Part shown: piece by piece, positions 20,101-29,800 of the stretch
How the letters are laid out: each line of letters starts with the position of its first letter
How positions within the stretch are numbered: the stretch's first letter is position 1
Source of the DNA: a virus
Lineage: Duplodnaviria > Caudoviricetes
IMG/VR virus record: IMGVR_UViG_3300020403_004398
Span: 13,013 to 77,012 of that record
Direction: 5' to 3' (one strand)
Length of the DNA stretch: 64,000 nucleotides
The notes under the pieces: model-generated
Told to the model about the DNA's origin: nothing
What the model saw: only the letters and a program-made list of their open reading frames with translations
Databases searched by the model: none
Translations under genes and position numbers: made by a program

Positions 20101-22676
20101 AAATTGTTAAAAGAAATATACCTTGGCGCGAAATGATTATATTGGCTATGGAAATAGAGGATCCAAATGTGGCACTTGATACTCTTGTAAGGCAAGAAAT
20201 TTTAAAACTTGGAAGCTATTCTAAGCAAATTTTTCACCCACTGCGACAACAGGAGGATTGGTACAATTGGTACACAAAACAATATATTCCTAGAAAACAA
20301 GTTTCATCAAAAGTGAGCGTTGTTGGTACCCCTAACGGCGATCAGGTTGCGATATGGGAATCGGAATTAACTGTGCTTAATCGAGGCTCAACAACTGAAA
20401 TAATTGCATTGCCCGATCAGGGGATCAACGATGCATACAGGGCCGCGATAGAAAAGAGAAAAGCTTTTGTTTTAGAAAAGTATGTAAGAATTCCACCAGA
20501 AATTGTTAATACATTTAGCAGTCTAGCAGATTCTGCAATTCCAGAAATAGAACTAACAGAAGATGAAGTACTTAGGACCGAAATCGGCGCCGATTGTAAA
20601 GAACTGCAGAGATTATTGCACTCTCGTTGGATCTTGAAGAATTCCTCCCGAGATGAGTTTTATGAAAATTTTGTTACAGATGATATATACGAAGCATTTA
20701 GCGATCGGTTCGAACTCAAGGAGCTATTCGACAGTATCGAGTGTGACGAGACATACTCAGCCTGGCACCGAGGACAAACAGTAGTAATAAATTGTCCTGA
20801 TCTCGGGGGCTTGTCAAAAGGTGCTTGGTTGGAGGCCAATGGGCACCCGACCTTACAAGAACTAAACCTAAACATCAAACAGTTGGATCATTGCATAGAC
20901 GCATATCTTAGCCAAAGGGTAGCAGAATTAACGCGCCGCGTTCACGCGCACTGCCACCGCAAGGGCTGGAGAATAGTTATAAGAATTTATCGCGAGAATC
21001 ACAACGGTCAGGCTGAACTCTGCATGCCGGCGTTTAGCGAACGGTTTCCCGCTGTACAGATACCAAGAGCTGATAGAGTGTTGCCTATCGCGTCGACTGA
21101 AAAGGTGCCTTTGCACCTAGGTGCCGGCCCCGAAGCAAAATGGGTTGGGACAAAGAACGGCCCTAGGACAAGATATATCCCCGCTCCAGTGCGCGCCCAT
21201 CGAGAAGCCCTCCGCCGGGCCGAATTAGAAGAAGAAGCAGGCCCAGACCGCGATTGGCAACATGTCCAATGGCAAACTTTGTATGAAGAGGCCATAGTTG
21301 CTCAAAACCTTGAAAGAGCAAGGAGAGAACAAATTGAGCAAGAAAACATTGAGGGTCTCGAAGATAATAGAAGAGTAGATTATATAGCTACTTACGGTCA
21401 ATTTATTGCTGTGCTGAGAAGAATTAGGCAACACCTTGGATTTCCAGAAGCGCGCCGCCTACTAACAGAACACAAAGCAAAGCAAGGCGTACGCCTTGTC
21501 CATTTTGGGTTTGACACAAACTTTACAAAAACAATGTTAGAAGATGAAAGGTGGAAGGCTGCAGCACTGAACGAAAAGACCTGGCAAATGTCTAGCCCTA
21601 TCGATGAAGCAGAAAATATAGTCAACGACCCAGCGACAAGTAATAAAATCTTAGCTTGTATACCTTTTGCAAAGTTTGAAAGAGTTTTGGACTTTGAAGA
21701 ATGTTATTCTGTCGGAACGTTTCATGGTCAAAATTTAACCGATGCAGATGTGTATATGGAACAAGAAATACTAAAAAAAGATGAAACAAAGTATATTTTT
21801 GAACACATATTCCCAGCAAGAAGATTTATGGCTATATCCACTGCGTTCTCTACTTCTGTTTTAAGCGGCTTTAATCAACTTCCTGGGATTTTAGATTCCG
21901 CAAAAGTGATGACAGCCTATGCAGGGTTAATCGCAGCTTCTCCGGTAATGACTAGGGATAGGATGGTATCAGAATACCAGGATGAATTTCAAAAAAGAAT
22001 GAACGAAAACTATCCTTCTGATCCTGAGTCGGTAGACTGTTTTGACTTTCCAGATTTATCATACGAGATATTCGTCAAGTTTCTTCAAGATTTGAAAAAA
22101 CTTTTATCGGAGTTTCCCTCAATTTTGTTGAGAGGCCTTGCGAACAATCTAGATCCTGCATACAAGGAGATGAGAAAACACTATATGAATTGCGACATAG
22201 AAAACCTTACCTATGACGGCTTAAAATTATCATCAGGAGCAGCCAAATTGGTTAATGGTTTGTATTTACCACGTGGAGAACAAGATAGAAAACAACAAAA
22301 AGGAAAATACGTCTCGATTTTACCCGCCGGAATTACGGATTTTGGTCAAGGTTTGTCTCACTTGTTTTATGGAGACGGAACAGTGCTAGGAGCGTACGTA
22401 TTAAAAATGATCTCATATGTTTATAGTGGTACTGCTCCCTTTTTAGATCCATTAGTTGCATTTAGAGTGCCTTGCCTCGGTATAGACAGTGATAATGAGG
22501 ATAATATCAAAAACTGGACAGAGAATGGCAAGTATGATTTCGGTAAATTTGGCAGATATGGACACCCACTATCGCCTTTAACGTTGCTGGCATTAGTAAC
22601 TGACCAGCTAGAAAGCGATAAAAACCTAAGAGAAAATGCCTGCGTAGAGATCTTAAATGATTGTGAAGATGTTTAA
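14106..22676 (+). CDS. Giant putative virion (baseplate/tail) protein with N-terminal peptidoglycan-binding-like domain
   Basis: Open frame of ~2860 codons from 14091; ATG at 14106 preferred as start. Lies directly upstream of the gp25-like wedge gene. Confidence 0.6.
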   Translation: MAEPARAFKLEITIDDKTIAFGPRSIGQVGRDILAIKVALGIVQSQEDMLQGVDDPNSESNGASGSPTIPLDKQNWFECGTGLGIDILKASTYDNRLHNALINFQIKNQFLIVLYYFQKYGVKELIKVSKEKFGPRPDEGMPDYRARSESGMIKTIESARILFESEFQSLGEATIALLHGWMPYTVVRNDGYNHNNVFRSPDYGSVMVLDLIPEALGLQFEAGDFGQTYQDLVDDERLVLYPPENLPRPIAYSDPADLEWYEKHTPESFKWTGPARAAADDDLTARYASIHWRYVRGGSSRLYRACQKVVQYSFEEAPESLLTPEERAANLERAFYPDPFVNPDPFIINNTQIGFFDETEFLLAPDSDLLPNNDEETIRRLEDIALTKVLDHYGKPEIWNFYKNDRSFNIAYFLDLNSEDFSLSPNHSGHYPIDMSYPGEKLLEYEHPKYTELVALLEKYKKMLKDHLDPDQEEWYGEAPEVLRDADDGNDLLSSGAPYSERWLQVKEKLERVVEALQFQLPYFFGNNRIQLPGIADLFETRRDEVLNRNIRYLEDPDKRSLLEATDEEKKKDFWVLSTDKHVESDRSRDKVETWRTVEDVPGVEPLIKFIEYRTPSLRPGQKYRAFFKINKEKLDLISDGLVFPLVVEEEEPAVEQQTEECADQNSEQSLRTYQEYQIHARKKRRELVRKIRSEVAKQNTPGQTKIDLGTYGPFNMNEAFQPLAGTGPMSDYEYTKKVLSTTVQGAEALWESTFGSTELESLNSLVEESNNKLTSDSPEENKIEISLKELKDRVKSASKDLKKAAEIVRKEQIQFAPGSNFDGENEASKLSQIPDLLRKLAESADSALAAWQDQNINIVLEFKTTRPQSGVAGPKNGKKITKLIFQAFEKKPSEIKFFAKPKLKSINSESLLLRPRTINYLNKIYEMTGGKEWYKRAFNVANQKSVISEYFLDPRGSCKELGINLDQTLARSYVANYTSGLSVIVPDEENLGEAFITWGGKAFVDPVIKYARQTRDNFNEGLKDTYDEKKALSLLGKQLDLDEIYDGFISKLSITSLLCDYIKCMKIPEFEIKAPNLYFPPPPPIPILGWYAGLFKAIKNTWLDAIKRIIMTFVKTIIDKLSFPFCEDQLAEFIAAGSTSSPLFNQAVVDSLINTGIMAKDKEKAKTFFDESVNLLTPQELCHLFSGKEIDPAGMLMLRQRVDSLGLGDDLDSNEAIENFFGVIGSYVPSNICDEYSRFSDLPEVASCEETTDLLRAIRNRLQTGDSTLTEEEIEAVIQQAKDNLESSRASLQALTSEDVSSLAPTMYGIGDKTAAISDFPKFLKDELENTNKTVFSSAKLSYISALNFYIPAMAMTLPDAPKAGDSSYSEHDVLEMESILETLQRYTQLVASENPTTDDGLNREDLEAAIDEAERWLAAFKAGRAVTVTMPDESGNMLTSRIEVRIVCPDSSGEVQFMTYNELTAEMRLLRPGRQEYPDGEVHDNPVLTDETAPIFNSMHTALSTLDAIPEFQQKLARRTDMGRRLRDLAIAPDPGEIFFRRAQVLHTLYEVTERKKGGNPDNWHYVHRFKQVSNNPEDTTLNGGAFANPSGTEYTYDEFIEQSRNVRPDQSFNPRLSVFEDADKRFSLVRFYPPLVTRAISPGRALNEDRMEEEHAEALALFANVSAAGIPAEDKFISDRLNFLSTRLTEILQRRLDAKTSVHLPVVRDIFNRTLERARENINADADPEGLGIRGSNQIYFDFQSDAYKPKMHMTEFLDPDGPPGVDKYKITTQEDFFIGHRQGDANATKTWEYCEKLPEGLVENNSEPDVLPKREGFANMALDAISTVIPNFRALNQSRAVKRGFYGETYKGTFESVMENVLFSLGSSPMFEEQYASDISKRISGKLLRDFNCVTNRYNLGSESILSFEKVILGDTMSEVMKMMSKSENNPVFQDFNSPGPYDQALQAIAIKALVRLCLIDLLLKGGLAYAVWDIEPVLGDRFFLDYAVTHVKVEIVKRNIPWREMIILAMEIEDPNVALDTLVRQEILKLGSYSKQIFHPLRQQEDWYNWYTKQYIPRKQVSSKVSVVGTPNGDQVAIWESELTVLNRGSTTEIIALPDQGINDAYRAAIEKRKAFVLEKYVRIPPEIVNTFSSLADSAIPEIELTEDEVLRTEIGADCKELQRLLHSRWILKNSSRDEFYENFVTDDIYEAFSDRFELKELFDSIECDETYSAWHRGQTVVINCPDLGGLSKGAWLEANGHPTLQELNLNIKQLDHCIDAYLSQRVAELTRRVHAHCHRKGWRIVIRIYRENHNGQAELCMPAFSERFPAVQIPRADRVLPIASTEKVPLHLGAGPEAKWVGTKNGPRTRYIPAPVRAHREALRRAELEEEAGPDRDWQHVQWQTLYEEAIVAQNLERARREQIEQENIEGLEDNRRVDYIATYGQFIAVLRRIRQHLGFPEARRLLTEHKAKQGVRLVHFGFDTNFTKTMLEDERWKAAALNEKTWQMSSPIDEAENIVNDPATSNKILACIPFAKFERVLDFEECYSVGTFHGQNLTDADVYMEQEILKKDETKYIFEHIFPARRFMAISTAFSTSVLSGFNQLPGILDSAKVMTAYAGLIAASPVMTRDRMVSEYQDEFQKRMNENYPSDPESVDCFDFPDLSYEIFVKFLQDLKKLLSEFPSILLRGLANNLDPAYKEMRKHYMNCDIENLTYDGLKLSSGAAKLVNGLYLPRGEQDRKQQKGKYVSILPAGITDFGQGLSHLFYGDGTVLGAYVLKMISYVYSGTAPFLDPLVAFRVPCLGIDSDNEDNIKNWTENGKYDFGKFGRYGHPLSPLTLLALVTDQLESDKNLRENACVEILNDCEDV

Positions 22677-22708
22677 AAGTGTACTACTTAATAACAGAGG
22701 GCTTCTAA

Positions 22709-23236
22709 ATGACTTTTTTAAACAAAACTATTTTTGATGATGAAAGTAGAATCATAAAAGAAAAGTGGCAGCCGAAGTTTCCTTTAAAGTACAGTGGAAT
22801 CTACGGACCTTACGAGCCTATAACACAACTAGAAGAATCTCTTCAAAAGAATTTTGAGAATCTTTTAATGACTTCGCCCGGCGAATGGCCTATGAATCCT
22901 GATCTTGGCGTAGGTCTGAGAAGGTATCTTTTCGAAAGACATGGGTCACCAATGCTTGTAGGTCTGCAGGCCGCGATACAAAGGCAGTTGGATAAATATT
23001 TGCCTCACATAGATATTTTGTCTGTCGATACTGACGCAACCGAGGATGAAAAAGACAGTAATTTTGCAAAGATTACAATAAGATATTCTATTATGAAGGT
23101 TACGGTGTACGATTTTATAGCACAATTATCCCCAGTTGGGGCGTTGGCCATAACACAAGAAACGATTCAAGCTATTGCCGGTAACAGGGACCCTTTTGAT
23201 GGTGTTTTCTTAGGTAGTAGTGTATTAACAATATAG
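22709..23236 (+). CDS. Baseplate wedge protein, gp25/GPW-like
   Basis: NLLMTSPGEWPMNPDLGVGLRRYLFE and ...IQRQLDKYLPHIDI match the gp25 family pattern. Confidence 0.85.
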   Translation: MTFLNKTIFDDESRIIKEKWQPKFPLKYSGIYGPYEPITQLEESLQKNFENLLMTSPGEWPMNPDLGVGLRRYLFERHGSPMLVGLQAAIQRQLDKYLPHIDILSVDTDATEDEKDSNFAKITIRYSIMKVTVYDFIAQLSPVGALAITQETIQAIAGNRDPFDGVFLGSSVLTI

Positions 23237-23250
23237 AGAGTGATATTTTT

Positions 23251-25062
23251 ATGAGTGGTGAAAGAAGAGGAGTAACAAGCACTGATTTTACGCAACTGAC
23301 TTTTGAAGAGATAAAACAAAAGTTAGTAGATTATGCGCAAACGCACTATCCTGAAACATATAAAGATTTTAATGATTCAAGCTTTGGATCAATGATGTTT
23401 GATCTGGTCTCGATGGTTAGCGAGCAGTTAAATTTTTATACCCAATTTGTCGCAAATGAAAGTTTTGTACAATATGGAAGATCTCAGTTTGCATTGTCTG
23501 CACACGAAAGGGAAAAAACTGGGAAATCTACAAGAGCAACACATGCATTGACCGCGACAGGAGACGTTAAATTTTACACTTTCGCACCAGCGGATCCAAT
23601 ATTGTCTTCGGTAGATTTAAGATATAAACATAAAATTCTTCGCGGCGCCAAAATTACTTCGCCCGATGGAGCAATATTCACTACAATCGAAGATGGCGTA
23701 GTTGATTTGGATCCTCAAAATCTAATAGGGACACACTTTTCAGAGGACGGAACTAGAGCAACATACTATATTTACGAAACAACAATTCCAGTGATATCTG
23801 GAGAAGATCGAGTGATGCAGGCATCTATTGGCACATATGAGAAGTTTTTAAAAATTGAAATAAGAGACCCTGCAGCGACAGAGACCTTAAAAGTAGTAGA
23901 TTCAAACGGTAATGAATATTTTGAAGTAGAGCATCTAGGTCAGGATACAGTATGGAAGCCCTTGGTGGACAGAAACATCAGTAGTTCTAAAGTCTCTGCA
24001 AAGATGGTGCCTTTTCCTGTTCCTCGTCGTTTCTGCACAGAACACGAAGGCGACAAAACTTTTTTGGTATTTGGGTTTGGAAGTGAATCTGATCTAAAAA
24101 CAAAACACGTTGCAGATCCTGCGGAAATTTCAATGAAACAAACCGCGCGGCCGCATGTTGAAGAAGTGGAATTTGATTCAAGCAAGCTGCTTTCTACAGA
24201 CAAGTTTGGTGTCGCCCCGCAGAATACGACTTTAACAATAGACTACAAGGCTAACACCATCGATAACTCTCACGCTGCAGCAGGCACTGTAAACTCAGTG
24301 GTTAGTTCTGAAATAGTTTTTGAGGATGAACCTAGTCTCGACGCGTCAAAAACTTCATATATACGAGCAAATATATCAACCACCAACAAAGAACCAATTA
24401 ACGGCACTGAGATTATAAGCACAACACAAGAGTATGCCCAAAAGATTAGAGCTTCTCTTGGTACACAAAGCAGAGCAGTAACATTAAAGGATTACGTCGC
24501 CGCAGCATATTTGATGCCCGCAAAGTTTGGAACAATCCGAAGAGCTGCAGCGGTAAGGGATGAATTTAATTTAAACAAAAATATCAATATGTATATAATA
24601 TCTCAGAACGCTGAAAGTAAACTGGAAACAGCAAGTTCGGCACTTAAAAGGAATCTTAAATCTCATTTAGGAAAGATCAAAATGATATCTGATACTATAG
24701 ACGTTTATGATGCGCTAATTGTAAACTTTGGACTTAAAATTGATGTCAATGTTAACAATAGAACAGATTTTGCCACAGCGCTGGCAAAGATAAGACAAAA
24801 AGTTTTCGAGGAGATAAACAATATAACACCAGAAATAGGACAAGCTTTTTCTGTGGGGGAAGTGGAAAAAATATTGAATAGCATGCCAGACATTAATAGG
24901 GTTAATAGTGTAAGAGTAGTAAATAAAATAGGATCCGGCTACTCAGATACCAGATTAGACGTTCCTTCTAATTTGTCTCCGGATGGCGGATTAGTATACT
25001 TGCCAGAAAATTGCATCTGGGAAATCAAAAATAGCCTGGATATAACAGGGATGATAAGATAA
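23251..25062 (+). CDS. Baseplate wedge subunit, T4 gp6/baseplate J-like
   Basis: DFTQLTFEEIKQKL...YPETYKDFNDSSFGSMMFDL and QSRAVTLKDY motifs; follows the gp25-like gene. Confidence 0.8.
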   Translation: MSGERRGVTSTDFTQLTFEEIKQKLVDYAQTHYPETYKDFNDSSFGSMMFDLVSMVSEQLNFYTQFVANESFVQYGRSQFALSAHEREKTGKSTRATHALTATGDVKFYTFAPADPILSSVDLRYKHKILRGAKITSPDGAIFTTIEDGVVDLDPQNLIGTHFSEDGTRATYYIYETTIPVISGEDRVMQASIGTYEKFLKIEIRDPAATETLKVVDSNGNEYFEVEHLGQDTVWKPLVDRNISSSKVSAKMVPFPVPRRFCTEHEGDKTFLVFGFGSESDLKTKHVADPAEISMKQTARPHVEEVEFDSSKLLSTDKFGVAPQNTTLTIDYKANTIDNSHAAAGTVNSVVSSEIVFEDEPSLDASKTSYIRANISTTNKEPINGTEIISTTQEYAQKIRASLGTQSRAVTLKDYVAAAYLMPAKFGTIRRAAAVRDEFNLNKNINMYIISQNAESKLETASSALKRNLKSHLGKIKMISDTIDVYDALIVNFGLKIDVNVNNRTDFATALAKIRQKVFEEINNITPEIGQAFSVGEVEKILNSMPDINRVNSVRVVNKIGSGYSDTRLDVPSNLSPDGGLVYLPENCIWEIKNSLDITGMIR

Positions 25063-26891
25063 TGTCAATTAAAAGGTATACAGCAGATAAAGACAACACA
25101 ATCACCGATTCTTTTGGCTCTAGCGGTGGCACTAGGGCCACTGGATCAAACTGTGGAGCCTCAGACGTCATGGAGATGTTTTCAATTTACAGCGGGATGT
25201 TCCAAGGGTCTATAGAAAAGGCAAGGTCTTTGATTGAGTTCCCAATAAGTCAAATATCGTCAGATAGAGATTCGGAAAAGATACCAGCTTCTGGTTCAGT
25301 AAACTTTAAGCTAAAATTGTTTAATGCGCCCCATGGAGAAACAGCCCCTAGAAATTATTATGCACATGTTTGTCCCGTGCTTGAATCCTGGTCAGAGGGA
25401 ACGGGCACTGACATGATAGATTTTATACACAAGGGAGCAAGTAATTGGATCTCTGCGAGCACAGGTCAACCATGGGTTTCTTCGGGGGGAAGTATTCCTT
25501 CGGCCTCTCTCATGGCTAATGAAACAGGTCCAGTTTTACCAGTTGAGTACAGCAAATTTTTTGATTCGGGGACTGAAGATTTAGAAGTAGATATAACATC
25601 GCTAGTAGAAGAATGGCTAAAACATTATAAAAGCACCTCAGTCTATGCAACAGCCTCTCTGACCTTTAACAATTCATCTACTGCAGGTCAAAAGATAACA
25701 TTAACAAAAACTAATGGAGACTTTACTATCTTTGAATACACCGCCGGCGAAGCGAGTGTAAGTGGCAAGACTGTTTTTGTTCCAGCGGGGAACAACGCAA
25801 CCAATTCAGCGATAAATTTTTATGCAAGAGTTGTGGCTGACACTAATTTTACTGCCCACCGCCGCGGCGACGTGGTTCATGTGGTGCAGCCAACCCCTGG
25901 TTTTTATGGAAACACAATAATTTCTTCTACCGCAAATAATGTCGCAATAGTTAATTTTCGAAACGGTACTGGGGTTGTTAATAACGGAGTTTTGGTAAAG
26001 TTAAGTGGCTCGTATGAAGACGGATCCGAGCAGCGCTCATATTATACTAAAAAGTTTTATACAAGAAGTTCCCAAAATGCTTTACTTCGTCCTGTCATTG
26101 AGGCTCAATACGACCTCGCAATAAAAGACGATCGAGGGGACATTATGAAATCTAGTTCTCTGGCCCCTGCGTCTGACAATTTAAATACAATATATCTTTA
26201 TAACAAAGTACGAGGCTCGATGAAAGATATCCCTTCGCCAGGAGGAGGAAATTTTTATGTTCAATTAGTGCCATCCGAAGGTTCTAATCCCGTAGGGCTC
26301 GTAGGAGTAGGAAATGACGCTAATTTTAACACATTCATTACAGCGTCAAAGCACTCAACAGGAATATATAAAGCCCAGTTTGCATATTCGGGATCAGAAA
26401 CAACCCTTAGAGATGTTTGGCAACATTCTACAGACGGATCGACGTATACTCAATTGCATACTGGGTCCGCTTTCTCTGTGCGCGGTTATGACCCAGGTGC
26501 TTCCAGAGAAACACCGTCTTACGTCACTAGCATAACAAATCTAAAGGATTCGTACAGGTGGGATGAAGAGGTTAGATTTAGAATTTACACACGAGATAAA
26601 AACTGGAATCCAAACGCATATACAGTTGCATCTAAGGACGCCCCGGTCAGTACAATCAGGCAGGCTTATTATAAAATCACTAGAAAGGCAGATAATTTAG
26701 AAGTAATACAATACTCTACAGGAAGTAGCCCTAGTTATTCTTCATTATCTTACGATGCTAGTGGCTCTTATTTTGATTTAGATATGTCAATTTTAGAACC
26801 AAACTATTTATATGAGATAAGCATCTTGTACAAAGACGACAGCAAATACGTTGAGCAGAAAGAGAAATTTAAGTTTAGAATAGACCCATGA
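25062..26891 (+). CDS. Virion structural protein with DNRLRE/CBM96-like domain and an internal beta-rich insertion
   Basis: ADKDNTI...RSLIEF...PVLESWSEGTG...EVDITSLVEEW...NNGVLVKL...KFYTRSS...P.IEA pattern; C-terminal Ig-like part. Confidence 0.5.
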   Translation: MSIKRYTADKDNTITDSFGSSGGTRATGSNCGASDVMEMFSIYSGMFQGSIEKARSLIEFPISQISSDRDSEKIPASGSVNFKLKLFNAPHGETAPRNYYAHVCPVLESWSEGTGTDMIDFIHKGASNWISASTGQPWVSSGGSIPSASLMANETGPVLPVEYSKFFDSGTEDLEVDITSLVEEWLKHYKSTSVYATASLTFNNSSTAGQKITLTKTNGDFTIFEYTAGEASVSGKTVFVPAGNNATNSAINFYARVVADTNFTAHRRGDVVHVVQPTPGFYGNTIISSTANNVAIVNFRNGTGVVNNGVLVKLSGSYEDGSEQRSYYTKKFYTRSSQNALLRPVIEAQYDLAIKDDRGDIMKSSSLAPASDNLNTIYLYNKVRGSMKDIPSPGGGNFYVQLVPSEGSNPVGLVGVGNDANFNTFITASKHSTGIYKAQFAYSGSETTLRDVWQHSTDGSTYTQLHTGSAFSVRGYDPGASRETPSYVTSITNLKDSYRWDEEVRFRIYTRDKNWNPNAYTVASKDAPVSTIRQAYYKITRKADNLEVIQYSTGSSPSYSSLSYDASGSYFDLDMSILEPNYLYEISILYKDDSKYVEQKEKFKFRIDP

Positions 26892-29800
26892 CTGATTATA
26901 AAAATATACCCCCCAAGAGTAAGTTGTCTGAAAAAAGGGAAAAACAATTTTTAAAAAGAAAAAGACACTCTATAAACGAATCTTCGGGCCTAATTTCAAA
27001 AAATTTAGAATCAGACAAGGTTCTACAGGCTTACGGGAACTATGTAAAAACTTTTCGCCCTGATGTAAAAGTCAAGGACCCTTCGACATTTGCTTGTTTC
27101 GGTAGTGCTGAAAAGTACTACAATGATGCAGCCTACAATATAGTGAACTACTATCCATTCGACGGAACCCGCGAGCAGCTGTTGGCCTGGCACACATCTT
27201 CAAACCCATTAGATGTTGCAATATTAAAAAACAATTGGCCCGCTTCTGTAGGACACTTAGCTTTTAATAAAAGTGAATATGTGACCTTTTATGCAGGCCC
27301 TCAATATCTCGCCTCGGCAAATTTTGTAGGTGACATACACAAAGAAGAAACTTCATTAACGATGAACCCAACCAAGGGCAATACTGCGGAGTTTTGGTTA
27401 AAAAAAGAAGCATTCAACGAACAAGAATCTCACGCAGAGGTGCTTTTCGATATTGGTTCGTATCCGGGAAAACTTTCTGATTCACAGACTGGAATTTTTA
27501 AGCTTTATTTAAATGCTTCAAGTTCAGGGTCGCCTTTCTATTTAACCTACAAGTCCGGTTCCGTGGGAATCACAGATTTGCAAATTGGCTCATCTACGCA
27601 TACAACTTCTTCAATAATAGATTCAAAGTGGCACCATTACGCAGTTAGCGTTTGGAAAGAATCATCTAAAATACATGTAAAGTTTTACGTAGATGGTGTT
27701 TATGATTCTCATCACCAAGTTAGCGATGCTGCGTATGAAACAATGGGCAAAGTGGACGCCTATATGGGCGGGTCCCTGGGTGCGGCCCAAGCGTTTACTT
27801 CAGGGTCTTTATCGGGGTCCATGGATGACTTTAGATATTGGAAAGGAAAAAGGACAGCTAAAGAAATAGGCAAATATTACGACAAGAGAGTGTTCGCAAG
27901 TGACAAGACAAGTGACGACTATACTAGCCGCCTAGGCGCCTATTTTAAATTCAACAGAAGTAAAACAGGAGACACTTCAAAAGATTCAATAGCGGTTGAT
28001 TATTCGGGAAACAACCTTTTTGGAACAATAAAGAACTATGCATCTTCCTGCAGAGTTAGCACATCTGCAATAACATTGAGTGACATATCAAAAAACTCAG
28101 AACAAAAAGACCCCATACTTGATTCGAGCCATCAACAGGTTTCATCCCTAATATCAGAATACTCAGCAATCGGTAAACAATTTGACAACCATAACCAATC
28201 TACGCTTACAAGATTCTTGCCAGAATGGGCCCAACCTGATCGCATTGACGCTGCTTCACAGGATTCAAAAGATTTTGCAACCTTGCTGCATATGATGTCG
28301 TCTGAGTTTGACAGAATTAAAGCCGGCATAGACGCACTCGTTCGACACCGCGGAATAAAATATGCCGATCCAATCACTAAAATTGGCGCCAACGGCGTAA
28401 TCGTAGAAACAACATCAAGCTATATTGATAATAATACCATTGAGTGTGCAGAGCACCGTGATCTTGACCCATGGACAGCAGGCAACCGTGCATACTGGCC
28501 ATCAAGAAATTTAGAGGAGACGGGCCTCCAAGTAGAAGCTCAGCCGATAATATCTGAGGTCACAGCTGAAGAATATGTAGAAAATGAATTAATACACGTA
28601 ATGGAGCTTTCATTTGCAGATTTAAAAAATTTAATTATTGAAAATATAAATATCACTGCAAATTCCACACTGAAAAAAAAGGGTAGCAAAAGAGCCTTTG
28701 ATTCTATTTTGCACTCTTACGGGGTTGATCAAAACAACATCTCAACAAAGTTATATGGACACAATGCAGACCTCTTCATAACAAGCAGCAAGGTTGATTT
28801 CGTCTCAGAAAAAAAGAGATCTTTATTTTTAGGGGATAACAAGTCTGCAACTTTATTTATGTCATCCAGCTCTCCAGAGACCCAGAAGACATTTTTAAAA
28901 GCAGACACGAGAGAGACAGAATATACTTTTGAAGGTAATTTTATTTTTCCCAACATAACATCGTCATCAGGTTTTGTCACTAGCGCTTCTATCTTTGGTG
29001 CGCACGAAGTTAGTGCTTCTAACAATAGCTTTGTAGTCACTGACCCTGATGGGGCAAGTTTTCAAGTGTCGTCTACAAAAACAGGATTAACTGACCATGG
29101 CGATGTTAAATTTTCTTTATCCTCTTCGGCGTTGTTGCTTTCATTAAACACAGAATTGACTTCTCCCTCGATGCCAAATGTTTATAAAAACTCTTTGTGG
29201 AACTTGTCTGTGAGGATTTCTAAGAACGCGGACAATAAATTCGTTTATAACCCAACCCCGACATATAAAGTTCAATTCAGTGGTTATAATTATGTTTTAG
29301 ATAATCTAGAAAACTATTTTGAAACTTCGAGCGTAATCACTTCGGACGTATATGAGAGGTTTAAATCTGCCAACAAAACAGTCTTCGTCGGGGCACACAG
29401 GGATAACATCACAGGGTCTGTGACAAAAGAGACTGATATAAAAATAATCAACTTCAATGTGTGGAACGATAGTCTGTCGACATTGGAGCTGCAAGCGCGC
29501 TCTCAGAGTCCATCAATTGTGGGACGCTCGAAGGCGTTTATGTATGAGGACAGCTATGCTTCAAGTAACCGGCCAATAGAGCAAAGTTTAATTTTTGGCT
29601 GGCAGTTTTCAAACTTGCAGACAGCCTCAGTTGACAACACAATAATAGTGGAAGATTTATCTTCAGGTTCCGCAGAGATGGTTAGCAAATACGGAAACTT
29701 GATAGGGTATAAGTATCCTGCAAAATCTACAGCTTTAAGTCACAAAACCTCAAATGTGCTGCAAGAAGAATTTTTACCGGTCGTGCGCTTTTCTCCTATT

